From a virus (lineage: Duplodnaviria > Caudoviricetes): DNA of 57,339 bases. The stretch is taken from IMG/VR virus record IMGVR_UViG_3300035659_000014, positions 1 to 57,339 of that record. One strand, written 5' to 3'. Position 1 is the stretch's first letter. Every line of letters begins with the position of its first letter. A program made the position numbers and the translations under genes. The notes under the pieces were generated by a model that was not told the DNA's origin, did not search any database, and saw only the letters and a list, made by a program, of their open reading frames with translations. Below are positions 8,765 to 16,704 of the stretch, one piece after another.

Positions 8765-9888
8765 GCGTGGGTCTGTACGCGAGAACCGATTCCCCGCACT
8801 GGTGGATGCTGCTCGAAGGCGCGCCGCCGCGTCAGAAGCGGCGCAGCACCGGCGTGCTCATCGACGCGCCAACGCCGGACCAGCGCAAGGATCAGCGCCA
8901 GCTCGCCGATCAGATCTACCACTCGGCCATGACGGATCTGGCGCGCGGCCGCGCGGGGTTCGTCCAACCGAGCGCCGGGCCGAAGTTCGCGGACTGCGCC
9001 GACTGGTACGCGAAGCACGTCATCCCGCAGCATCGCGGCGCCGAACGCGAGCGCGAACTACTGGCCACGCTGCGCGCCGGCTTCGGTCCCAGACACCTGC
9101 TCGAAATCACCGGGCAGGTTGTGGATGAATGGGCGACGACCCGGAGCGCCAAGGCCAGCTACCGCACGATCAACCGCGAGATCGATCTGCTCAAGGCCAT
9201 GCTGCGGAAGGCCGTTGAGAACGGAGAGATCACGGCCTCGCCGATCGCGGGCAGGCGGCGGTATCGCGTCCTGAAGCCGCGGCGCCGGCTGATGACCGCG
9301 CGCGAGGAAATGAAGCTGTTGGCGAAGCTAGCGCCCGACGACACGGCGATTTTCCTGCTCGCCCTCGACTCCCTGATCCGCTTCGGGGACATCCTCGATC
9401 TGCAATGGGCCGACTGGCAGGGATCGTCCGTCTACATCCGCGATCCGAAAGACCCAGTCCAGGGGGAGCCGTACGAGGTGCCGATTTCAAAGCGCGGCCA
9501 GGCGGCCCTCGAGGTCCTGCCGGTCAACGGGCCGTACCTCTTCCCGCGGCGCCGGAAGAACCGGACCGAGCATGATCGGCGGAAGGCGTACCGCCAGCGG
9601 CTCGCGCGCGCATGCAAGCAGGCCGGCATCCCGTACGGCCGGACCGCGGGCGGCCTCACGTTCCATTGGGCGACCAGGCGCACCGGTGCCACGCGGATGA
9701 TCCAGGCGGGCATCGACCCGGCCACCGTGCAGGCGGTCGGACACTGGCAGAGCCCGGCTGTCGTGCTCGGAATCTACGCGGAGGGCAACCGCCGGACAGC
9801 GCGCCGAGCGGTCGAAATCCCGGGCGGCCAATCACGCCGGAGAACACAGCCCAAAAAAGGCGTCAGAAATAGCCGAAAACGTCGATAG
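8761..9888 (+). CDS. int: Tyrosine integrase
   Basis: TINREIDLLKAML, LIRFGDIL, FHWATRRTGAT, GHWQS..IY catalytic set. Confidence 0.9.
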   Translation: MSVGLYARTDSPHWWMLLEGAPPRQKRRSTGVLIDAPTPDQRKDQRQLADQIYHSAMTDLARGRAGFVQPSAGPKFADCADWYAKHVIPQHRGAERERELLATLRAGFGPRHLLEITGQVVDEWATTRSAKASYRTINREIDLLKAMLRKAVENGEITASPIAGRRRYRVLKPRRRLMTAREEMKLLAKLAPDDTAIFLLALDSLIRFGDILDLQWADWQGSSVYIRDPKDPVQGEPYEVPISKRGQAALEVLPVNGPYLFPRRRKNRTEHDRRKAYRQRLARACKQAGIPYGRTAGGLTFHWATRRTGATRMIQAGIDPATVQAVGHWQSPAVVLGIYAEGNRRTARRAVEIPGGQSRRRTQPKKGVRNSRKRR

Positions 9889-9891
9889 TAT

Positions 9892-9941
9892 CCGCGTTCG
9901 CAACGCGGAGGCCCGGGGTTCAAGTCCCCGGCCGTCCACCA
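9892..9941 (+). other. attP core: 3' half of tRNA-Ala(CGC)
   Basis: CCGCG-TTCGCAA-CGCGG anticodon arm, CGGGG-TTCAAGT-CCCCG T arm, GCCGTCC-A-CCA end with U70; no 5' half; directly after int. Confidence 0.85.
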
Positions 9942-10391
9942 CTCATTTTTGAGGATTTCACTCAGGAACCCGATCCGTGCACCGGCCGAGAGTACTCCGC
10001 CTGGCTCCCGCAAGCTCCGTCATTCTCACCGTTTCAATCACGCCACGGTCACGGCGCAGCGCCCTCTCCCAGATCCCCCGTCCTTGCCCCACAGCGCTGC
10101 CCTGGCTGGCCCCCAGGGACGCGATCCCCTGCTGCGCGGGTCATGGTGACGGGGCGGGAGGTCGGGGCTTGGGGAGGCGGCGCATCTAGCGTCAGTCGAT
10201 TGCCCCTAGCGGTCCTAGCCAGCGCAAGCCCTTAACACGCAATGATTTGCGTGCGGCGCCCAGCTTCCACGGGCTTGCCGTCCGCCCGGCCACCTGCATA
10301 TACATGCATAAATCCCCCGGTGTTTCGGCCCCGCAACTTGCGGATTCCCGGCGGTAGATTTTCAGCGATTTTCGTCCTGCCCCGTTTTTCC

Positions 10392-10420
10392 TTGACCTAC
10401 GGCTATCTAGAGGCTATCAT
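10392..10420 (+). promoter_or_regulatory. Sigma70-type promoter with overlapping GGCTATC direct repeat
   Basis: TTGACC-17-TATCAT. Confidence 0.7.
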
Positions 10421-10473
10421 GTTGGGTATGGACATCAAAGACGAACCGCCAAAGCCGGAAGGAGAACGACGCA

Positions 10474-10629
10474 ATGCTCTACGCTCTCAGGAATGTGTCA
10501 GCGGAACTGTGGCGGATGGTGAAGGCGCGCGCAGCACGCGAGGGGCGGACGATTCGCGGGGTGATCCTGCTCCTCCTCCAGCACTACGTGGACCACGGCG
10601 TCCCGGGCGACCGCCGAAACAAGACATGA
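10474..10629 (+). CDS. Arc-like ribbon-helix-helix regulator (absent from ORF track)
   Basis: GGAG SD; MLYALRNVSAELWRMVKARAAREGRTIRGVILLLLQHYV. Confidence 0.7.
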   Translation: MLYALRNVSAELWRMVKARAAREGRTIRGVILLLLQHYVDHGVPGDRRNKT

Positions 10630-10979
10630 CGAGAGTGCGGGTGCGAGTCCGAGATCTCAGATCGGGGCGCTGGGTCCGTCGGGCCCGCTTGCTGATGGAA
10701 GCGTACCTCGGCCGCCCGCTCCTTACGAACGAGGTCGTTCACCACATCAACCGCGACGTGGGCGACGACAGCCTGAGAAATCTTGTGGTGATGACAAAAT
10801 CCGGCCACAGTAGTCTCCACGCTGGGGACATGCGCTTCCACGTCCACAGCTCCATGGGCATCACGTATGGGAGAGGGATCTTGGCCTATCAGCTCTGCGC
10901 TTGTGGCGCTGGGCGGTACATCGGCGATGGCCAGATTTCCAGGTGGTGCAAATCGTCGAGTTCGTGGGGGCCCAAATAA
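10626..10979 (+). CDS. HNH endonuclease
   Basis: RLLMEAYLGRPL..EVVHHINRDVGDDSLRNLVVMTKSGHSSLH; ATGA overlap. Confidence 0.75.
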   Translation: MTRVRVRVRDLRSGRWVRRARLLMEAYLGRPLLTNEVVHHINRDVGDDSLRNLVVMTKSGHSSLHAGDMRFHVHSSMGITYGRGILAYQLCACGAGRYIGDGQISRWCKSSSSWGPK

Positions 10980-11014
10980 AAACGACGCATATGGATGGGG
11001 CAGAGGTGAGGACA

Positions 11015-11308
11015 ATGACCAGGGACCAAGCTTTCCAGACCGCCCAGATGTTCCGCGACCTCGGCGCGTCGGCTTACGCCGAGGAGAACCAGAGGGTGAT
11101 CGACCACCAGGTCGTCAGCTACTGGACGATCTCGGCCAGCCTCGTGGACGCGCGCCACGGGGTCAGCGGAGATAGCGGCCGGATCGAGGAGCCGCTCGAC
11201 GCCCAGGCCGCCCGCGCTCTCGTCGGCACGATGCGCGCCGAGATCAAGCGCCGCATCGCCAGCGTCCGCGCAAGCCGTCAGACGCAGCGCGAGCTGGACG
11301 CAGAGTGA
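11015..11308 (+). CDS. Hypothetical early protein
   Basis: GAGGTGAGG SD. Confidence 0.6.
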   Translation: MTRDQAFQTAQMFRDLGASAYAEENQRVIDHQVVSYWTISASLVDARHGVSGDSGRIEEPLDAQAARALVGTMRAEIKRRIASVRASRQTQRELDAE

Positions 11309-11347
11309 CCGTAGATGGCCGCCGCGAGGCGGTCGGAGGTGAGGACG

Positions 11348-11614
11348 ATGACAACCACGACGACACGACAAATCTGGTGGGACCGCGGCGGCAATACCCC
11401 GGCGTGGCCCTGTGGCTGGTGCTGGGGCGAATGTGAGCGCGACGACGACGGCAAGATCATCGAGAGCAACAGCGGACCGCTGGCCGGCACGGACTCCGGC
11501 GACCCGACCGAACTCCACGCATACACGGACGAGGAACTCCGCGCGCTGGCGCAAGCGCAGTTCCCCAGCGAGACGTGGGCCGACGTCGAGATCGACCCCG
11601 ACCCGAAACAGTAG
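11348..11614 (+). CDS. Acidic hypothetical early protein
   Basis: GGAGGTGAGG SD; D/E-rich. Confidence 0.6.
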   Translation: MTTTTTRQIWWDRGGNTPAWPCGWCWGECERDDDGKIIESNSGPLAGTDSGDPTELHAYTDEELRALAQAQFPSETWADVEIDPDPKQ

Positions 11615-11675
11615 CCCCTGCCTCGGTTGCTGGCCGCCTGGACCAGCGCGGAGATGGAGGTCGGAGGTAAGAGCG

Positions 11676-11882
11676 ATGCGGGTACACGCGCCGCGTCGTC
11701 GAATTGTAAAAATTCTGGGAGTGCAACCAGGGCGTTCTTTCGGATTGCACGGTCGAGGCGCGATCCGATGGTTTCGGCTGGAGTGTGGACACGAGATATA
11801 CGCTGACGCATCGCGTGGCGTCCCGAAACGTGGCGTGTTGGGTTGCTACCGCTGCTCCCTAATCACGACAATGGAGGACTGA
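11676..11882 (+). CDS. Small zinc-ribbon protein
   Basis: GGAGGT SD; LECGH..CYRC. Confidence 0.55.
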   Translation: MRVHAPRRRIVKILGVQPGRSFGLHGRGAIRWFRLECGHEIYADASRGVPKRGVLGCYRCSLITTMED

Positions 11883-11967
11883 CCCTGTATCGGCTGCTGG
11901 CCGCCCACGGGATAGCTCGCGGGCGACCGGGAGCCGGCAAAGCGCCGGACATACTGGAGAGGACCGC

Positions 11968-12411
11968 ATGACGACTCAGCCCCACACCCATTACTGCCCG
12001 CACTGCGAGCAGCAACGGCCGTGCACCGCCGCAGAGGATGGCGGATGCATCTTCCCGGCGACGTCACCCCTGACCTGCGAGCCATGCGCTGCACGTCCTA
12101 TTTCTCGGGCTGCTGCGGTCCTCGGTCGCAAGGGCGGCCGATCCACCAGTCCGGCGAAGCTCGTCGCAGCGAAGCGCAATGCTGCCTACAACGGCCGGGC
12201 CCCCCGCGTGCCGTACACGACCAGGCGCTACGGGACCCCGTTCGGGTGTGAGGGCGAGCGCAGTGAGGATGTGCCGACGCTGCGGGCGGCCGATCGCTAC
12301 GCCAGGTCCGCCCTACTCGCCGGCCAGTCACTCGACGTGCTGCGCGGGGATGAGATCATTGCGCGGTGGACGTGTGGACCGGATGGCGTTGTCGGGCGGG
12401 TGAACCTGTGA
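11968..12411 (+). CDS. Zinc finger plus LGRKGG..SPAK motif protein
   Basis: CPHC, CEPC, AAAVLGRKGGRSTSPAK. Confidence 0.55.
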   Translation: MTTQPHTHYCPHCEQQRPCTAAEDGGCIFPATSPLTCEPCAARPISRAAAVLGRKGGRSTSPAKLVAAKRNAAYNGRAPRVPYTTRRYGTPFGCEGERSEDVPTLRAADRYARSALLAGQSLDVLRGDEIIARWTCGPDGVVGRVNL

Positions 12412-12617
12412 CGCGCCGACCTTGCGCCTGGCCGGGCTGCACGAGCCGCACGTCGAGCACGAGCGTGACGCCGCGCTGCCAGCGGCACCACCGGGAATAC
12501 TGGCAGAGAGTGGTCGGCTGGATTGTCGAGACGGGGCCGCGGTGTATCCACCTGGACGCGCCGACGATGGCGGAGATGGTGGCGGCAGAACAGGAGGAAA
12601 CGGCATGCTCGCGCTGA
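12408..12617 (+). CDS. Small Cys/His protein
   Basis: GTGA overlap; CAWPGC..CQRH. Confidence 0.45.
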   Translation: MTRRPCAWPGCTSRTSSTSVTPRCQRHHREYWQRVVGWIVETGPRCIHLDAPTMAEMVAAEQEETACSR

Positions 12618-13006
12618 GCGTCCGTCAACCGTACGCCTGGCTGCTAGTCCACGGGATCAAGGACATCGAAAACCGAACTTGGGCCACGCGCTACCGTGGC
12701 CCGCTCCTGATCCACGCCAGCCTCTACCAGCCGAGTGAGGATGAGATTCGCAGCATCGAACGGGAATTCGGGATGCTGCTCCCCCACGTCTACGATCGCG
12801 GCGGCATCGTCGGCCAAGTCACGCTCGTCGAGTGCGCGCGAGCGAGCGACAGCCGCTGGTTCGAGGGGCCGGTCGGTTGGCGCATCACAAACGCGAGCGC
12901 GCTGCCCTTCCGCGCGTGTCGCGGGGCACTCTACCTTTTCGAACCGAACGATTCCGCCCATATCGTTCGCGCCTTGGCCACGTCCGGCCAGGTTTTCCCG
13001 ACGTAG
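12605..13006 (+). CDS. ASCH domain protein
   Basis: LSVRQPYAWLLVHGIKDIENRTWATRYRGPLLIHAS; GGAGG SD. Confidence 0.9.
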   Translation: MLALSVRQPYAWLLVHGIKDIENRTWATRYRGPLLIHASLYQPSEDEIRSIEREFGMLLPHVYDRGGIVGQVTLVECARASDSRWFEGPVGWRITNASALPFRACRGALYLFEPNDSAHIVRALATSGQVFPT

Positions 13007-14079
13007 CGGAATCCCGCCGTCAATCGCAGCGACCGCCGTTGCCTTGGCAAGCGACGCGCCCGGGTGTCCGTGCCTTTTCTCTGCGGATTGGCCAGCGAAG
13101 GCGCTCGCGTGCATGTCCAGTCGGGCGATCGCAGACGCGCCGCGATGAAGCTCGGGTGCGTCGTCGTGCTGTGGTAGGTGCCGGTCGTTGCTGCGATCAC
13201 CAGCGAGGCGACCGCGCTCGACATGGTCGCCCCAATCCCGACACCCTGAAAGTCCGGCAGACAGACCGTCCGGTGTTCGCGCCATCGCCCCCGGAACCCC
13301 ATCATGGGCAGAACCGCCGTGAACGCCACGGGCGTGTCGCGCCAGGTGGCGACGAAACAGCGCGCTCGCTCATTCAGCGCCGCGCTCAGATAGTGATGCT
13401 GACGAAAGAGTGCCCACGCCTCCACGGGACACCGCTCGACACGCAGGTCGATGGCCGGTCTCCGTTGAAGCTCCCTCCATTGAAACCGGGCCAGGTGCGG
13501 CTGGTAGATCCAGTCCGGTTGCAGCCAAGCCTCGACATCGTAGTGACAGGTCACGGCGATCAACCGCTTGCCTGCGCGCCGGACCGTCTTCGCCACGGCT
13601 GCACTCCCGATCTGAGCGACCGTTCGATCGACGACCGACGTGAATTCGTCAATCACCGCAAGGTCGGTCGTCTCTGCGAGTGTGCGAGCGATCGTCACGC
13701 GGAACTGCTCGCCGGTGCTGAGCACGACGAAGGGCCGCAACCAGGCGGGCGGCGACGAGAACCCGACCGAGGACAGTAGACTCGTGATCTCCTTGATCCC
13801 CATCGCGTCCGGGAAAGCATCGACGATGCTGCGGTCGGCGGGCCACTCGAAGTGCTCGCGCAGGTCCGCGCCAAACATCTCCCGGGCGATCGTCGATTTT
13901 CCGCAGCCCGATGGCCCGACGATCAGGCCGATGTTCCAGGGCCGCTCATCGAGCGGTAGATTCACGTCCCAGCGCTGTTCGCTTCGCTCGGCGGGCGGGA
14001 TGTCGAACAATCCTTCAAGTTGCATCGCGCGCGCCGTGCGGACGATCGGTGAGCTTCTCAGGAGACAAGCGCTCGGCAC
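12931..14079 (-). CDS. ABC ATPase fused to GNAT acetyltransferase
   Basis: GPSGCGKST, LSTGEQFR, IDEFTSVVDR, VTCHYD; then HHYL and RTVCLPDFQGVGIG. Confidence 0.85.
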   Translation of the reverse strand: MPSACLLRSSPIVRTARAMQLEGLFDIPPAERSEQRWDVNLPLDERPWNIGLIVGPSGCGKSTIAREMFGADLREHFEWPADRSIVDAFPDAMGIKEITSLLSSVGFSSPPAWLRPFVVLSTGEQFRVTIARTLAETTDLAVIDEFTSVVDRTVAQIGSAAVAKTVRRAGKRLIAVTCHYDVEAWLQPDWIYQPHLARFQWRELQRRPAIDLRVERCPVEAWALFRQHHYLSAALNERARCFVATWRDTPVAFTAVLPMMGFRGRWREHRTVCLPDFQGVGIGATMSSAVASLVIAATTGTYHSTTTHPSFIAARLRSPDWTCTRAPSLANPQRKGTDTRARRLPRQRRSLRLTAGFRYVGKTWPDVAKARTIWAESFGSKR

Positions 14080-14636
14080 GTCAGGCCCTCCGCAAGAAAG
14101 CGATCGAGCAGAGCGTGTTGTTCGCGCTCGCCCTGGCACGTGACGACGATCAAAAACTGCTCGTGGACGTCCGCGTCCATGCTCGCGTCGGCAGGTTCCA
14201 CGCCGAGTTGTTTCAACATGCTCGCGTCGAATTCGAACGGCGTCAGGTCCAGCCCTTCGACGGCGAACTCTTTCAGAACGTCGAGATCCCACTCAGCCAA
14301 TTCTGCCGTACGGTTGTCGTACAACGCGAGCTTCGTTTTCTGTTCTGGCGTCAGACCGCGCCGCCGCACGGCGATGATCGTGTTGCCATCAGCCTCAACG
14401 ATCTTCAACTTCGTGATGCCGGCTTCTGCGGCCCCTTCGATCACGCCGTTGCCGGCCAGGATCTCGTCATTCTCATCGATGACGATCGACCGCGCCGCGC
14501 CCACCGCCCGCAGAGAATCGGAGATCATGCCGATGTTCTTCGACGTGTGCTTGCGGGCGTTGCGCGGATCGGGTTTCAGATCCTTGATGTGTGCCGGCTC
14601 GCGCCGATCCGCCGATTTCGCGGTCTTCTTCTGCAT
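14058..14636 (-). CDS. ParB/Srx-like N-terminal domain protein
   Basis: LKPDPRNARKH..SIVIDENDEILAGNG..LALYDNRTAELAEWD. Confidence 0.85.
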   Translation of the reverse strand: MQKKTAKSADRREPAHIKDLKPDPRNARKHTSKNIGMISDSLRAVGAARSIVIDENDEILAGNGVIEGAAEAGITKLKIVEADGNTIIAVRRRGLTPEQKTKLALYDNRTAELAEWDLDVLKEFAVEGLDLTPFEFDASMLKQLGVEPADASMDADVHEQFLIVVTCQGEREQHALLDRFLAEGLTCRALVS

Positions 14637-14996
14637 CGTGGTATCCTGAACCCGCTAGCACGGCCCTCCCGCGGGGGAAGGGAAGAAGGACGGGGCACGT
14701 CCGGCCAGGACTCGACACCCCGTTCATCCCCCGCAGCTCCCCCCCACTGCCCGTCCACCTTCGGCCCGCGCCCACAGCGCCATGGTATACTCATACTCGC
14801 CTGCTGAGGGTCCGGCATACCGGGCACACTGACAGCTAAAGCGCGGTGCTCCACCGGTGCCGCCGAGTCCCCTGCCGATGGGCGGGAAACGGACAGGCGG
14901 AGAGAAGCCTAACGGCTTAGGGATGCGCTCGAATCCGCGCCGTCCGTGCAGAACGGCCAGTAGGCTCCATCCGCTCTACTGCCCGTCCGCCTCCGC

Positions 14997-15371
14997 CTAC
15001 GTCTTTCCCTCAGTCTGCACGTCATCCTTCAGGCTGTTCAGGACATCCGCCATCCCCGAGGCGATCGAGGTGCAGCCCTGCTGGAACAGCCCGGGGTTCG
15101 CAATCTTGTGGTTCGCCAGGATCGAGGATGCCAGGATGATCTGCGCGACCATCGGCGTCGCCGCGATCAGTTTCTGCGCCCCGGCTTGGCCGAGCGCCTG
15201 GCCCATGGCTTCGGCCTGGACGATGATGTCCGCGATCTGCGCGAGATCCTTCGAGACGGTCGCCACGGTGGTGGCTGAGCCGGGCAACAGCTGCTGGACG
15301 ATCGGCGAAAAGCCCACCGCGATCTCCGTGACCTTGAGAAGGATGCTGCCGAGTTTCTTGAGGAACGTCAC
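14997..15371 (-). CDS. Hypothetical lysis-module protein
   Basis: GGAGG SD; amphipathic helices; after holin. Confidence 0.6.
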   Translation of the reverse strand: MTFLKKLGSILLKVTEIAVGFSPIVQQLLPGSATTVATVSKDLAQIADIIVQAEAMGQALGQAGAQKLIAATPMVAQIILASSILANHKIANPGLFQQGCTSIASGMADVLNSLKDDVQTEGKT

Positions 15372-15408
15372 AACTGCCTCCGCGTTGAATCTGAGTTGAC
15401 GATGCCGC

Positions 15409-15801
15409 CTATGCCACGGGCTTGAGCGGCTTCTTGTTGATCCCCGCGAGAATCTTCGCCGCGTCGGTGATCAGCGCCTTCGGTGCCGCCGCCCCGTTCT
15501 GCGAATGAATCAGCAGCTCGTACGAGGCGTGCTGACTGATGAAGCTCACACCGAACGCGATCAGCGCGTTCAGGATTGCGGCTCCGGTCAGTCCGGTGAT
15601 GAGCAGTTCGCCGGCCGGGCCGTTCCATTGGGCCGCGATGCCCAGCGCCGACGCGGCCGCGATGGCGGCCGAGAGCAACACCTTCCAGATCTTCGCGCTC
15701 TGCTCACTGAGCAGGGGGAACCAAGTGGCTTTCTTGAGCCATTGGAGCAAGTAAGTCACGGCGACACCGACGACGACTTGAGTCGAAAGCGGATCGTACA
15801 C
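15409..15801 (-). CDS. Putative holin
   Basis: GTG with GGAAGG SD; three TM segments, basic C-terminus; next to endolysin. Confidence 0.65.
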   Translation of the reverse strand: MYDPLSTQVVVGVAVTYLLQWLKKATWFPLLSEQSAKIWKVLLSAAIAAASALGIAAQWNGPAGELLITGLTGAAILNALIAFGVSFISQHASYELLIHSQNGAAAPKALITDAAKILAGINKKPLKPVA

Positions 15802-15872
15802 GGCACACCTTCCTTCAGAATTACGAGGCCCGCCCCCTGAACGGGCCAACCGGCATTCAGGCCGGGGCGTGG

Positions 15873-16322
15873 CTAGGTCACGGGAGCGCCAAAGATCACC
15901 ACGTGCTCCACGTCGTGATCCAGATCGTAGAATCGGATCCGCCCGATCTGACCGACGAATGTTTCCGATGTCGCCCACTTCGGAGCCGGGATGGACACGT
16001 CGTGGTAACTGTCGCTGCCGGGCAGACTGGTCTTGAGCGTGCCGTTGATCACGTCGAAGGCCACCTGCAGACACTCGGCCCATGACGGGTCAGCCAGCAA
16101 CGGCCACTTCGCGAGTTGCGGATCGCGCGGATCCGTGAGCGATGAGTACTGCCACTTTTTGAAAACGACCGACGTGATGCTGTTCCCCCACCACGACGGT
16201 CGATCCACCCGGTTGAGGATGCTGAACGCCACAGCGATTCTGCACGACACGGGCGTGCCTCGAGCCTCGCGCCACACGGTCAAGGCCAAGAACACAACGT
16301 CCGAGCAGAAGTTCAGGTCCAC
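15873..16322 (-). CDS. Endolysin, SleB/Hydrolase_2 cell wall hydrolase
   Basis: LALTVWREARG..AVAFSILNRV..VVFKKWQYSS..PKWA..IGRIRFY. Confidence 0.85.
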   Translation of the reverse strand: MDLNFCSDVVFLALTVWREARGTPVSCRIAVAFSILNRVDRPSWWGNSITSVVFKKWQYSSLTDPRDPQLAKWPLLADPSWAECLQVAFDVINGTLKTSLPGSDSYHDVSIPAPKWATSETFVGQIGRIRFYDLDHDVEHVVIFGAPVT

Positions 16323-16323
16323 G

Positions 16324-16512
16324 TCACACCCCCGCGTGCCCGTTGATCGCTTCGTCGATCCGCCCGCGGATGTACCGCAGATCCTCCTGGATGGTGCAGA
16401 TGTTCGCTTCATGGACGTTGATCCGCCCTTCGAGGCGTAATAGCCAGATCACGAACGTCACGAGCGGCGCCGCGATCACCGCGGCCAATTCAACGGGCAC
16501 ATTGATCGTCAT
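16324..16512 (-). CDS. Small single-TM coiled-coil protein
   Basis: TM then LEGRI..IQEDLRYIRGRID; precedes endolysin. Confidence 0.6.
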   Translation of the reverse strand: MTINVPVELAAVIAAPLVTFVIWLLRLEGRINVHEANICTIQEDLRYIRGRIDEAINGHAGV

Positions 16513-16539
16513 CGTCCTGTCCTCTCGCCGCCGCCGGCC

Positions 16540-16704
16540 TTAGACCCGAGGCAGCACGTTGATTCGTTTCGCTCCGGCCTCGGTGTGATCCGAATGGCAC
16601 TTTGGGCATCGGCCAACGTCGCTCGGCTGAACCCATTCGTGATTGCAGTCGGCGCAGCGCATCGTCACCATCCGATTCAGCCAGGACGTGTCGTTCGCGT
16701 TCAT
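16540..16704 (-). CDS. Small zinc-ribbon protein (absent from ORF track)
   Basis: CADCNHEW..CPKCHS; coupled to upstream stop. Confidence 0.5.
   Translation of the reverse strand: MNANDTSWLNRMVTMRCADCNHEWVQPSDVGRCPKCHSDHTEAGAKRINVLPRV

Noticed and set aside
9860-9941. Complete tRNA-Ala gene
   Set aside because: No 5' acceptor strand or D arm; upstream bases are int coding sequence, so it is called attP
14800-14840. Hammerhead ribozyme at CTGCTGAG
   Set aside because: Core deviates from CUGANGA and no properly placed GAAA/stem arrangement was found
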